Position numbers and translations under genes: made by a program. DNA of 64,000 nt from Prorocentrum cordatum (lineage: Eukaryota): positions 124,001 to 188,000 of the forward strand of contig CAUYUJ010000148.1 in NCBI GenBank assembly GCA_963575745.1, written 5' to 3'. Under the pieces are notes generated by a model. That model saw nothing but the letters and a program-made list of their open reading frames with translations. It did not search any database and was not told where the DNA came from. Shown piece by piece: positions 19,411 through 32,075 of this stretch; positions within the stretch are counted from its first letter, which is position 1, and every line of letters starts with the position of its first letter.

Positions 19411-21736
19411 TGAGAACTGTTGGAAATCAGTAAAGCCGATTGAGGGGCCGTCAAGGCAAATCAGCCCAGATCAAGCCCAAGACTAAGTCGGATTCAGGAT
19501 TAAGCTGAATTTGACGAAATTGTACCAGATCGGGCATATTTTCGAAAGCGAATGTACCAACGCCGATGCTGAATCTAACTTCCCAAGACGTGCGTCCCAA
19601 GGGAGGGAGGCCACCGACTTGGAGGCGGCAAAGGGGTCTGAACTGGTTGGGACTCGGAAGCATCCGTCAGGGGGGGTGGGATGGAGCCAAATCCGCGCAA
19701 AATCCATCCCAAGGCCCCTCGCGGGGTCTATCTGGTGCAGTTTTTCATCCCGGATCAGTTTTTGCTTGTCTTGGGCCCGAAGACGGTCCCCGGAGGCCCA
19801 AAGAAGGCAAAAACCCTTCCAGAACCCAGCGCCTTGACCCTACCTCCCCTCCTGCTGGTTGGAAACAGTGCTGGGCCACTTCAGACCCCCCTTCGGCTCC
19901 AGAGTCCCAACAGTGCACGGAGGCTTCCGTCCCCTCCCCTTCCTCGCGAGGCGGCGGCGGCGGCGGGGGCGCCCGGCAGCTCGTCCACGCCGCCCGAGCG
20001 GCCCCGGCCGCCGGCGCGCCCCCGTCCGCGGGCGCGCCCACGGCCTCGCGCCGAGGCGCCTGGCGACGGCGCGCGCGCCGTCGAGGGTGGGCGGAGGTCG
20101 GGGGGCGGGCATGCTGCTTGTTTTGGGCTCTGCATGTCATGAGCGTCTACCTCGGCACACACACACACACGAAGACGCATATGGCCTGAGTGTGGCTCCC
20201 CTGCTGGCGGTTGCAGCCTCTCTTGCCGCCCGCCTCGCGCGGCCCCACTTCCCTGTGCCTCGCAGCTGTGCCCGGGCGCGCCCCGCCGCGTCCGACCACC
20301 GTCTGCTGCTCTTGCGGCCCCCGGCTGCACAAGCTCGGACCCTGCGGGCTGCATGTGGAAGAGGTAGGGAGGTGGGACCTGCTCCAGAACAGGAACATAC
20401 CGTAGACGGATATACCCTCTCTTCGACAGCGAATGTACCGGCCTCGCTGTCCATAGACGCATACACCCCGAGCGTGTCTGCATAGAGAGCGACATCCAAT
20501 GCGCCGATAGACGCTAATGGCTGAACAAAGAGAGCGGTACTCCGCATAGGCCCCATATATTTCTCCTCCAGAAACAAATAGACTTTGCCCTCCAAGTGCT
20601 AGCTGGGGAAGAGATTGGGAGCAGCGACACCTCGAAAACCAACTCTCAAACGACGACGACGCGCGCCATCCGAGGGGCACCTATCCGCCAGAAATGTTCT
20701 AAGAACATTTCGTGGAAACCACAAAATGGTCTTAGGACTTGTTTGGTCGGGCTATATGCGAGCCAGGACGCTTCGCCACTGCGTGAACAACACGACCTCA
20801 GATCGACCCGTGACGGTCCCGGGCGGGGCTCGACGAGGAAAAATCGCCCGCTGTGAACAAATAGTGGCGCCAGGGACTCAGGGTTCATCCTTGGAGGCGG
20901 CCCGGTGGTTCGAACTGCATGGGCCCTGAGCGAATCAATGAAAAAATGGATGAAGACAAATCCAATCGAAATCGATTCCTGCACCCCTCCCGTGTCCGTC
21001 TGGCGCAGTTTTCCGACCCAGATCAACGCTTGAAGGTCCCATTGCCCGACAACGACCCCCAAATGCAAAAAAATACACAAAACCTTCCCGAGCTCAGCAC
21101 CTCGAACCTCGCCTCCGCACCTCAGACCCCTGGCCGACAACCAAGTTCCATCGCTTGAACCATCCCCACCCCGCTCGCCCTGGGGGGCGATTCGGACGCA
21201 TCCCGATCGAGGATGGAGGCCCCTTGTCGTATATACCCGAGCTGGGCCCCAAGTTTTTGGGCCGATCGACAACTACACAAAGTTTGAGATTGGGGTCGTC
21301 ATGCCTTCCAAGCTCCATCGTTGAAACGACCCCCCGCGTGGGGATGAGACAGGCTGGGCCCTCCGGGCCTCAAGGGGGCCACTTCTCCCCAGCTGGGGTG
21401 GCGGGTGGGGCTGAGCTACCATGGCCCGGCAGGGATGGGGATCGTCGGCGGCGAGCCCAGGGAGAAATCGGAGGGGGCGGGCATGCTCAGAAGGCTCGGA
21501 GGGCCTCCGGCCGTCTGAGAAGTTTTTCCCAACCATCCTGTGGTGTTGGGTCCTCGTTTTGAAGAGACGGTGCCCCGCGTTCCTTCCTCCTTCCTCCTCC
21601 TCCCGCTGCCTCCTCCCTCCTCGTCTCATCATCATCAGCATCATCGTCATCACCCACCATCATCATCATCGTCATCGTCATCATCATCAGCACCAACATG
21701 GTCGTCATCATCACCATCACCCTCCGCATGCTTCTA

Positions 21737-23105
21737 TTTCGGCACACCCATCACACGGTTCGTGGCCCCATAGGGAGCTCCACCGAAGCCCCCAGTGGCA
21801 GGGTTCGCATGGCGGCCCCGCCCCATTTTGGCGCACCCCTCACACAGTTCGTGGCCCCATAGGGAGCTCCACCGAAGGCCCCAGTGGCAGGGTTCGCATG
21901 GCGGCCCCGCCCCATTTTGGCGCACCCCTCACACGGTTCGTGGCCCCATAGGGAGCTCCACCGAAGGCCCCAGTGGCAGGGTTCGCATGGCGGCCCCGCC
22001 TCATTTTGGCGCACCCCTCACACGGTTCGTGGCCCCATAGGGAGCTCCACCGAAGGCCCCAGTGGCAGGGTTCGCATGGCGGCCCCGCCCCATTTTGGCG
22101 CACCCCTCACACGGTTCGTGGCCCCATAGGGAGCTCCACCGAAGGCCCCAGTGGCAGGGTTCGCATGGCGGCCCCGCCTCATTTTGGCGCACCCCTCACA
22201 CGGTTCGTGGCCCCATAGGGAGCTCCACCGAAGGCCCCAGTGGCAGGGTTCGCATGGCGGCCCCGCCCCATTTTGGCGCACCCCTCACACGGTTCGTGGC
22301 CCCATAGGGAGCTCCACCGAAGGCCCCAGTGGCAGGGTTCGCATGGCGGCCCCGCCTCATTTTGGCGCACCCCTCACACGGTTCGTGGCCCCACAGGGAG
22401 CTCCACCGAAGGCCTCAGTGGCAGGGTTCGCATGGCGGCCCCGCCCCATTTTGGCGCACCCCTCACACGGTTCGTGCCCCATAGGGAGCTCCACCGAAGG
22501 CCCCAGTGGCAGGGTTCGCATGGCGGCCCCGCCCCATTTTGGCGCACCCCTCACACGGTTCGTGGCCCCATAGGGAGCTCCACCGAAGGCCCCAGTGGCA
22601 GGGTTCGCATGGCGGCCCCGCCCATTTTGGCGCACCCCTCACACGGTTCGTGGCCCCATAGGGAGCTCCACCGAAGGCCCCAGTGGCAGGGTTCGCATGG
22701 CGGCCCCGCCCATTTTGGCGCACCCCTCACACGGTTCGTGGCCCCATAGGGAGCTCCACCGAAGGCCCCAGTGGCAGGGTTCGCATGGCGGCCCCGCCTC
22801 ATTTTGGCGCACCCCTCACACGGTTCGTGGCCCCATAGGGAGCTCCCCGAAGGCCCCAGTGGCAGGGTTCGCATGGCGGCCCCGCCTCATTTTGGCGCAC
22901 CCCTCACACGGTTCGTGGCCCCATAGGGAGCTCCACCGAAGGCCCCAGTGGCAGGGTTCGCATGGCGGCCCCGCCCCATTTTGGCGCACCCCTCACACGG
23001 TTCGTGGCCCCGTAGGGACATAGGGAGCTCCACCGAAGGCCTCAGTGGCAGGGTTCGCATGGCGGCCCCGCCCCAGTGTGGCGCACCCCTCACACGTTTC
23101 TTGGC
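21737..23105. repeat. 89-bp tandem satellite, ~15 copies
   Basis: Unit CCCCATAGGGAGCTCCACCGAAGGCCCCAGTGGCAGGGTTCGCATGGCGGCCCCGCCCCATTTTGGCGCACCCCTCACACGGTTCGTGG, head-to-tail, near-identical, no unique spacers. Confidence 0.97.
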
Positions 23106-24867
23106 CATATTGGGAATTCCTTTTGCTTCGTCCCACCTGCCCTGCGGTATTCACGTTTGCATATGGTTGGGTCCTTCGCCAGGATAATTGTCCAGCAATC
23201 TCCGAGAGCGTGGACGGCTTCTCGGAAGGCCAGAGGGCTTCTGAGAAGGCCTGCCGCCTTCTGAGAAGGCCTGCCGCCTCTCGACTTCCCCCCCCCCCGG
23301 CGCGCCACCGAGATAGGTTAAACAAGACTGGCCCCTCTCACGCCCGATCCTGCCGACGATCCTCAAAACATACGTCTGGGCCAGCGCGTGCTGGTCCACG
23401 GAAACCCTTCGAATACTACGCAGGCGGTGCACTGCGGGCCGATCCTGACCGCGTGCTGACGGTGGAGCTGTGCACAGGTTAAGCTCTCGGCTAACACACT
23501 TTTTGCGTCGGCGGCTAGGCAGGGGACGTCTGCGCTGGCGATGGATCGTGCCTCAACGGGGATGCCTTTACAGCGAATTGCGCCACGATGCCAGAGGAGG
23601 AGCGGGGGGAGGGCGCGGCCGAAAGGGGGGCGGACGGAGCGAGCGGTTCGGGGGGGACGTGCCGCTCCCGAGGATAACCGATCCTGAAAACAATCTATCC
23701 TGCGATGCGCGGCGCTCCGCCAACGCACGTCCTGAGAATCCTCGATCCTGGCCGCAGGGGCCGAGCCCGAGGCCTCGCCCGGCGGCATGCCGCCCCCCGC
23801 CGCGGCACGCGGCTTGCCCCAGGCTGAAGAAGCGGCGCGCGCCGTCGGGCCTGCGCTCCTCGACGCGGATGCCTCCGGCGAGCGACGGCGAGGGCGGCGG
23901 GCGACGACCGGCGACGGCGAGAAAGTCTGGCTCAAGAATTGCGATGTTCCAATCTACGTTGGTGTTGATCGCCAGGAAGAGTTCCGAGGACAAGGAAAGT
24001 ATCGAAACTGCAGGGTTTTTGCGCGTCGGGCCCCGGAAGGCGATACGCGTTCGACGCTGTTTCGATGCTGTTCAGGGTGCTCGAAATGTAGACGCATCCA
24101 CCCCGCATGCGTCTGTAGACGTAGCAACATCCAATGTGTCTGTAGACGCTTGTGGCTTCAGAGTGAGACTGGCATTCGGCACAGGCCGGAGACAGTAGCC
24201 TCCTGGAAGCAGGTGGGCTCTGCCCTCCCATATATACAGGTGCCACTGGCCAGGGGTGCCGAATCCATGCGCCGCGCGCCGCGCGAACGAGTAGAGGAGG
24301 GGACGACAGTCAGGAACGGCGAGATGGTCTGGCCCAAGAAGGGTACCTTCGACGCTTTCTGGGGTGCCTCAGGTCGAGCTAGGGGGCTTCAGGTCGGCCA
24401 ATGGGGGTGGCCTCAGTTGTCCGACGAACCCTTCCAGCATCCGCGACGAAGGCGGCAAGCGACGAGGGCGAAAGCGAAGGCGCCGACGTCCGCGACGACG
24501 ACGACGCGCCGACGACGACGACGACGACGACGGCGACATGGACGATCACATGGACGATCACATGGACGATCACATGGACGACGACGAGCGATAGCGACCT
24601 GGACGACGACAGGCGACGGCGACTGTGCCGATGACAACGACGACCTGCACGACGACGGCTTGGGTGCATAGCTGAAGAACCGCCCTCGTATACAGCACGC
24701 CTGCACGCGAGGCCCTTGGGCATGCGCACCTGGAGCAGGAGCCAAACAGGGAGGGGCTGTTCAGTCAACGCCTCCGAAACGCCAAAAATGGGGTCGCGTG
24801 CTTTCCCTCCTTTGGATAGGGGCTCAGATGAAGACACGGCAACAACGCTAGCGACAACGGTGACGAT

Positions 24868-25061
24868 TCTACTACTACTCCAGATTCTCCGCCGTCTTAA
24901 GACTACTTCTACTACTACTGCGAATCGTCGTCGTCGCCGTCGTAGTGACAGTGGTAGTAGTAGTCGACGCCGTCGTAGTAGTGGTCGTCGAAGAACGCAT
25001 AGTCGTAGCAAAACCAGTCGTAGTCGTTTTCGTAATAGTAGTAGTAGTAGTAGTAGTAGTA

Positions 25062-25096
<35 letters not shown>

Positions 25097-25097
25097 C

Positions 25098-25136
<39 letters not shown>

Positions 25137-25463
25137 ATATAGTAATAGCAGTAGCAATAATAGTAGTAGTAGCAGTAGTCGTAATAGTAATAGTAGTGGT
25201 AGTAGTCGTAGTGGTAGTGGTCGTACTACTAACAATAGTTTAAGAAATAGTTTGGGTCGTAGTCTGGTCAATCGTAGTAGCCGTAGTAGTAGTAGTTATA
25301 ATAATAGTCGTATAGGTGTGGTGCTCGTGGACACAGCAGTACTGCGCATACTACTACTACTACTACTACTACTATTACAACTACTACTTCTACTAATACT
25401 ACTAGTGCTACTACTACTGGCGGCAACAATAGTAAAAACAAGTAGTAGTAGTCATAGTAGTCA

Positions 25464-25504
<41 letters not shown>

Positions 25505-26040
25505 AAAGTAGTAGTAGTAGTAGCCATACGACCTCTACTACTACTACTACTACTACTACGACTACGACTACTACTACTAGTACTACTGCTACTACTACTG
25601 CTACAACTACTACTACTAGTAATAAGAAGTCGTAGCGAAATTTGAAGTCGTGGAGCTAACAATTGTGCCAATATAGTACGCGGTAGTACGAGTACTTGTA
25701 GTAGTAGTAGAAGTACTAGTCGTAATAGTAGTAGTCGTCGTAGTAGTAATACCAGTAGAGGTAGTAATCGTAGTATCAGTAGTAGAAGCAGTAGCAATAA
25801 CAAAACTAAGAATAGAAGTCGTGCTCGTCGCACAAGTAGTAATGGAAATGGTAGTGCTAGTAATAGTAGTAGTAGTAGTACTAATAGTAGTAGTAGTGCT
25901 GGTCGTAGAAATAGTAGCAGTAGCTGAACACATTGCAAACAAACTTGTAATGCTAATAGTCGTAGCCGTCATACCAGTAGTAGTATGGCTGGTAGTACTC
26001 GTAAGCAGTAGCCGAAGTGGCGTCGATAGTAGCAGAACTG

Positions 26041-26079
<39 letters not shown>

Positions 26080-26630
26080 ATGGTGGTAGTAATAATAGTG
26101 GTAACAATATTGGTAGTATTAGTCGTAATAATAATACTGCCAATCGCAAGAGTAGTAACCGTAGTAGCCGTAGTAACAGCAGTACTAATGCTAGTAATAG
26201 TAGACGCTCTAGTAACAGTAGTAGCGGTAGTAGAAACAATAATGGAACTAGCGGTCGTAATAATACGAAAGATGGTCGTGCTACCAGCAGCGCCACTAGT
26301 AGCAATTATACTAGCGTAGTAGTTGCAGTGGTACGATTAAGAACAGTAGTAGTACCAATACAAGGGGTAGAAATAATAGCCGCAATACTAGTACTAATAA
26401 CCGTGGTCCTAATAACCGTAGCGGTAGAAGAAATCGTCGATGCAATAGTCGGAGTAGTAGTACACGTAATAACCACCAGGGAAATAATGGAAAAATGGTG
26501 ACCTTACTGGTAGTAGCAATAGTAGTGGTACTGCTAACACTGGCAATGGTAGTGGCATTTGTAGTCATAATGAAATCGCAATCGCAGTCGTAAGGGTGGT
26601 AGTAGTCGTAGTAGTAGTGGTAGCAATCGC

Positions 26631-26667
<37 letters not shown>

Positions 26668-26817
26668 CTAGTAGTACTAGTAGTAATAGTGGTAGTAGCC
26701 GAAATTGCAATAATACTAAACGACGTTGTAGTCGTAGTAGTCGTAGTCTTCGTAGTAGTAGTTGTGGGAGTCGCAGTAGTAGTCGTAATAGTAGTAGTAG
26801 TAGTAGTAGTAGTAGGC

Positions 26818-26863
<46 letters not shown>

Positions 26864-26979
26864 TGGTAGTGGTAGTAATAGTAGTCGTAGTAGTGATAGT
26901 AGTAGCCGTTGTAGTAGTAGTAGCAGTAGTAGTAGTAGTAGTAGTAGCAGTAGCAGTAATAGTAGTAGTGGTAGTAGTC

Positions 26980-27027
<48 letters not shown>

Positions 27028-27535
27028 CGACTAGTAGTAGTACTAATCGTGGTGATGGTAGTAGTAATAGCAGTAGCAGCACCAATGGTAGAAGACTTAC
27101 TAAGAACAATAATGATGCTGGTGGTACAAGTTGAAGTCGAAATACTGGTCGTAATATTTCTCGTAGCCCTGGTCGTAGTAAGTTGTAGGGCCTAGGTCGT
27201 GGTTTGTAACTAATCGTTGTATGTATGCATCGCGGTGATACTCGTAAGAGTACGGGTAGTAAGAATCGACGTCGTACTGATAGTAGTTGTTGTTGTAATT
27301 GCAATGGTGAGTGCAGTTGTAATGGTATTAGTCATCGTAGTCGTAGCGGTCGTAGCAGTAGTAGTCGTCGTCGTCGAAATAGTGGTAGTGGTAGTGGTAG
27401 TCGTACTACCAATCGGAGTAGTAAGTAGTAGTTGTAGTAGTCGCCGTATTCGTGGCCAGTAGTAGTAGTAGTAGTAGTATTGAATCCTGCAAGTCGTAGT
27501 AGTAGTCGCAGACCAATTAGTAGTAGTAGTAGTAA

Positions 27536-27579
<44 letters not shown>

Positions 27580-27590
27580 ATAGTAATGGA

Positions 27591-27634
<44 letters not shown>

Positions 27635-27636
27635 CC

Positions 27637-27680
<44 letters not shown>

Positions 27681-27785
27681 GGTAGTATTAGTAGTAATAA
27701 TAGTACTAGTGGTAGTGGCAGTCGTAGTAGAAAATAGTTGTAGTCGCAATAGTACTGGTAGCGAAAGTCATAGTAGTAGTAGTCA

Positions 27786-27821
<36 letters not shown>

Positions 27822-28030
27822 AAGTAGAAGTAGTACTAAACATAGTAGTAGTACCGCTAGTGTTAGTAGTAGTGATAGTGATAGAAGTAGTAGTAATACG
27901 AATGGTATCAATCGTGATAATTGTCCCAGCGGTAAATGTGATGGTAGTGGTTGTGGTCAAACTAGCGGTCGCAACCGCATAATAAAACGAGTAACACTAG
28001 TCGTGGCCGTCGTAATCGTAGTCGTCGTGG
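24868..28030. repeat. ~3.2-kb degenerate (TAG/AGT)n trinucleotide tract with short inverted (CTA)n patches
   Basis: Direct reading. (CTA)n segments lie at ~24868-24920, 25350-25420 and 25535-25620. Confidence 0.95.
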
Positions 28031-31000
28031 TGGTTAAAAAAAGAGGAGGGGAGGGAGGTGGTTATGTAACGCCGCCTTGCGACTTCTGATAACTTGCGTA
28101 CTGACTGGCAGTCCTCTATGAGACCTCCGAAGCAAATTCAAACGCAGCATGGAGCAATCCGAAATTATCAAACAAGACCTAAAATACGTGGGGTTCCTCA
28201 GTCGAGAAATTTTCATTTGCGCGTAACGGCCGTTACCCGGGAAGGAGGTTTGGGTAACGTTAGGCGGAGTGGGGCACGTCGGGGCGCGGGGTTGCTGCGA
28301 TCGCCGTAGCATGCGCGCGAACACCAGCATGCGGCCCCTTCACGCGTGATCGTTACCCTTACCTGGGTGAGGGACGGTTGGGCCCGGTAACGACCGCCAC
28401 GACAAGGTGGAACAACAACGAAAAAACATCTCGAGACGCCACCGCGGAACAAAACTCACAAGCCGTCCTCGGAGAAGTCCGGAGCGGCCCGCCCCGGCCA
28501 GCGGAGGGGCCTCGGACGAAGTACGCGCACCCGCCGTCGCCGAGCCACTCGCCCTGAAGCGCCCGCAGCTCGCGCTTGGCCCCCTCGGTGCTCGCGCCGG
28601 GGGCCTTCGCGGGCCCCCCCCAACCGGGGGTCGCACTCGTGCAGAGGTCCCCGGCAGCTTGCAGGCAGTGCCTCCTAGGCTCGCGGGCAGCGCCTGCGCA
28701 GCTCCTGGGCAGCGTTTCCTGGCACTCGGCAGCGACCCCTTGGCTCGCGGGTAGCGCCCAGGCAGCTCCTGGGCAACGTTTCCCACGTCCGTGGGAAGCG
28801 CCCGGAGCCCGAGCCCGAAGAAGCCGGGCCCTTCACTGTCCTTTTCGGCGGCACGCCAAAGGGGGGAAGCAATACCCCGGGATCTGGGCGTTTTCGCCCG
28901 TATTCGGGCCCAAGGTTCCTAGAGTTTGGGCGACCGACATGGGTACGAACCGACAGCGGCCGCTGTTGAGCAAGCGGCCTTCTTCCTCGATTGGGCAACA
29001 TCCGCGGCGACACCGACAGCGAGTCGTGTTCAAAATGAACAGGAACAGTTGACGGTAATCGTAACCGTTGTTTTCGCATTTATTTTCGACCGTAAGGATA
29101 AATGGTGCAATTCGGATAGCGTCGAAGACTCTGGTAGTGATATTTCACGATGTTTGCAAGTCTGTGTCGACGTTTGTTGTTTCAGATGCCCTCCAGCCTT
29201 GTGAAAAGCCCGCTGTGTCTTCGGAGGAAGGGCGTGATAGCTTCTCACCGCTCAAGAAATCCATCCCCCTCTGCCTTCTCATATGAGCGCGTCCCCTATC
29301 TCTGTAAAGACCAACCGATTCTGAATACAGTCATCGTACTGCCAGAACAAACGCAAAACAAGGAACGGAGAGTGCTTTCCTGCCACGGCCACTTGGCCAC
29401 GAAGAGGCTTTGTGACAGACCCCAACGAACAACCTGAAAACCAAAACTAATGGTCCTGATGCGGCATGTTGGCTGTACCCCCAAACGGTATGTGGTCCGC
29501 GCGAACCTGTCGGTCTGGCGCTGGCCTCCCTGGCGGCGCCTCTGGCGTCACCTCTAGCGCCCTTTGCCAAGGGTTGGAGCCCAGCGCCGAACCCAAGAAA
29601 TCCGCGCCGACCTTGAACAATGTATGACTGTGTCGCTTCTTGTTTCTCTTGCCTGGTCTGAGGATCGTAGCAACAACGACTTCAGATGAGAAACCATCTA
29701 CATATACACATTTCTATACACGTATATAAACGCGACGTCGTGGGTCTGCCCCATCCTGCTCATCCTCCCATGGCATCGTTCGGGCGCATATCCCTGCAAC
29801 GTCTGGCTTCGTGCATGTTCGTTTCTTTGTTTCTGTCCCAAGAAGATCGAAGAGAATCGCACATGGCCCAGGACCTCCTGGCGCTAAGCTCGCCGAGGGA
29901 AAGGCACGTCCGTGCGATGCCCGAGCCCCTCGCGGCAGCTCCGCCCCTCGCGCGAGGCAGCAGCAACCGCCGCTGGGCGACCGACCGTAGTCACATCAGT
30001 TTCCCCCCCCCACGCTCTTCCCCGCAACGACTGAGTGCCTCTTCTTCCTCCTCTTCCTCCCTCCTCCTGCTCCTCCCCCTCCTCCTCCGCGTTTTCCTTC
30101 GCAGCCACGACGTCCCCACCCCCCCCAACCCCCCTGCCCCCTCACCCTTCCTCCTCCTGTCTCTCTCGCACCGCCATCGGGAGTCACCCGGAACGCCTCC
30201 GCGCCCGCCGCGCGCCCCCCGAGCGCGACGCCGACCCGGCGGCGAGCCCATTGCGGAGGGGGGGAGGGCGATAGGGAGAAGGAGGGGAGGTGACGGAGCG
30301 GCGGGGCCACTCAAACGCAGCCGCGGTACATACTGTAGACGTGGTACTTTTGCCGGTAGCGCAACACACGGAGCACATGGTCAGGCATGCGCAAGATGAC
30401 TAGGATGATGCCTACAGCTCTAGACGGGCAGACGTCTTGTATGTAGGGTTTACATGTATACCCTTGTCCGTAGCACCGCAATTGTCCGTAATCTTCCCCG
30501 CGTCCAGGCAGGCCGGTCTCGCCATGACTATCCGAAGTCGTCGCGTGCCAGATCGTGGTGCTGAGCGATCCACCTGTCTTCGTCTGAGCAGGTGTCGTAT
30601 GTGTCGATACTTTCTGTGTTTTACGTGAGTCTCGTTGTTCCCGTCGCCGCACCCGTCTTCCTCCTCTCGTCGTTAAGGTTTTGCGGCGAGGAAAAGTATG
30701 GGTCGCTGGCCCACGGGTATCCCATTCTACTGCGCCTCGTAGTGGCCGCGGGCGGGCAAGAGCGCTTTGACGACTCCTGAGGAGCCCAGCCGACGAGCCA
30801 TCGCGTCACCGTCCTCGCCGTGGCGGCCAACGCTAATGTCTATGGGCGCCAGCACGTCGCGGGGCTTGCTGTACGCGGAGCCTGTGGATTTGGAGATGGT
30901 CCTCTGATGGCGAAGGCCTCTGTGTCTGCCTGCCCCTCCGCGACCATGGCCCTGAGGAAGTCGAGCCCCTGGAGCGCGGCGTTCATGATGAAGACGGGCT

Positions 31001-31034
31001 CGTCGTGCTCGTCGATTTCCTCGTCCGTGGCCCT

Positions 31035-32075
31035 TGTAGCTCAGCCGATGGCTTTCGGAGTTTGTTGCCCCCGTAGCTTGGCTCTAAAAGCTGTGTCCTC
31101 GTAGCTGTGTCGGGAGCTCTAGAAGCTCCGCTTGTGGACCTTGTAGTTCAGCTGGTGGTGCTGATAGCTCTGCTGGACGCCCTTGCTGCCCAGTTCGTGT
31201 CCTGCGTAACTCAGCACGTGGTCTTTGTAGCCTGGCTGGTGTACCTCGTCGTCCAGCTGGTGGTTCTCGTAACCTGGCACGTGCTCATCATAGCTCGGCT
31301 TGTGGATCTCGGAGCTCTGCCTGTGGCCCTCGCACCCCTGCAGGTGGCTCTGGAAGCTCAACTGGTGGCCTTGGTAGCCCAGCTGGTGACTCATCTAGCC
31401 TGCGTAGCTCAGCAAGTGGCCCCTGTAGCTGAACTGGTGTTTCGCGTACCTCGGCAGCTGGCCCCAATACCTCGACTGGAGGCTGTCGTAGCCCTCCGTG
31501 CGGCCACCATCGCTCAGCGCGTGGCCCTCCCAGCTTAGCTTGTGGCTGAAAGGGGCTCTGATCGCAGCCCTCCAAGGCCCTGTAGTTCAGCGGGTGGCTC
31601 TCGTGGCTGTGTCGGGGGCTCTCGAGGCTCTGCTCTTCGGCCTTGTAAACCAGGAAGTGTCACTGGTAGTTCTGCTGGAGGCCCTCGTTGCGGTGTACAT
31701 ATTCTACGTAGCTCAGCTCGTTGTCTCTGTAGCTCAGCTGGTGGCCATCGTAGTTGAAATGGCAGCCCTCGCGGTCCAGCTTGTGGACCTCGAAGCTCGG
31801 CTGGCCCTCGTATTCCTGATGGTGGCTCTGGTAGCTGAAATAGTGGTACTTGTGGCTCAGCGGGTAGCGTTCCTAACTCTGCAGGTGGTCCTCGTTGTTC
31901 AGCAGATGGCAATCGTAGCTCAGATGGTGGTTCTCTTGCACGGCAGGTGGCCCTGGTAGCCCAGCTGTTGGCACTCGTAACTCTGCGCGCGGCCCTCGTC
32001 GCCCAGCTTGTGGCCCCCGTAGCTCAGCTCCCATCTGGTGGCACTTGCAGCTCAGGAGCTGGCCCTCGAGGCGCT
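31035..32075. repeat. Degenerate 21-bp minisatellite (consensus ~GTAGCTCAGCTGGTGGCCCTC)
   Basis: Recurrent GTAGCTCAGC/GGTGGC(C/T)CT motifs at ~21-bp spacing. Translations give heptads VAQLVAL (+) and SYEGHQL / ELRGPPA (-). Confidence 0.75.

Noticed and set aside
20400..20600. Possible copia-type RNase H remnant on the minus strand (VALYADTLGVYASM...VEERV)
   Set aside because: Short, weak resemblance with no adjoining RT, integrase or LTR.
21737..23105. CRISPR array
   Set aside because: Units are contiguous and near-identical with no unique spacers, and no cas genes are present. It is a satellite, and its many 60-170 aa ORFs are artefacts.
23820..24060. Possible host exon after a CCCCAG|G acceptor (also candidates near 60530-60640 minus and 59280-59500)
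   Set aside because: No recognisable domain and no consistent exon chain could be built without transcript data.
24716..28089. Long poly-V/S/L/T/Y ORFs
   Set aside because: They are translations of the (TAG)n tract.
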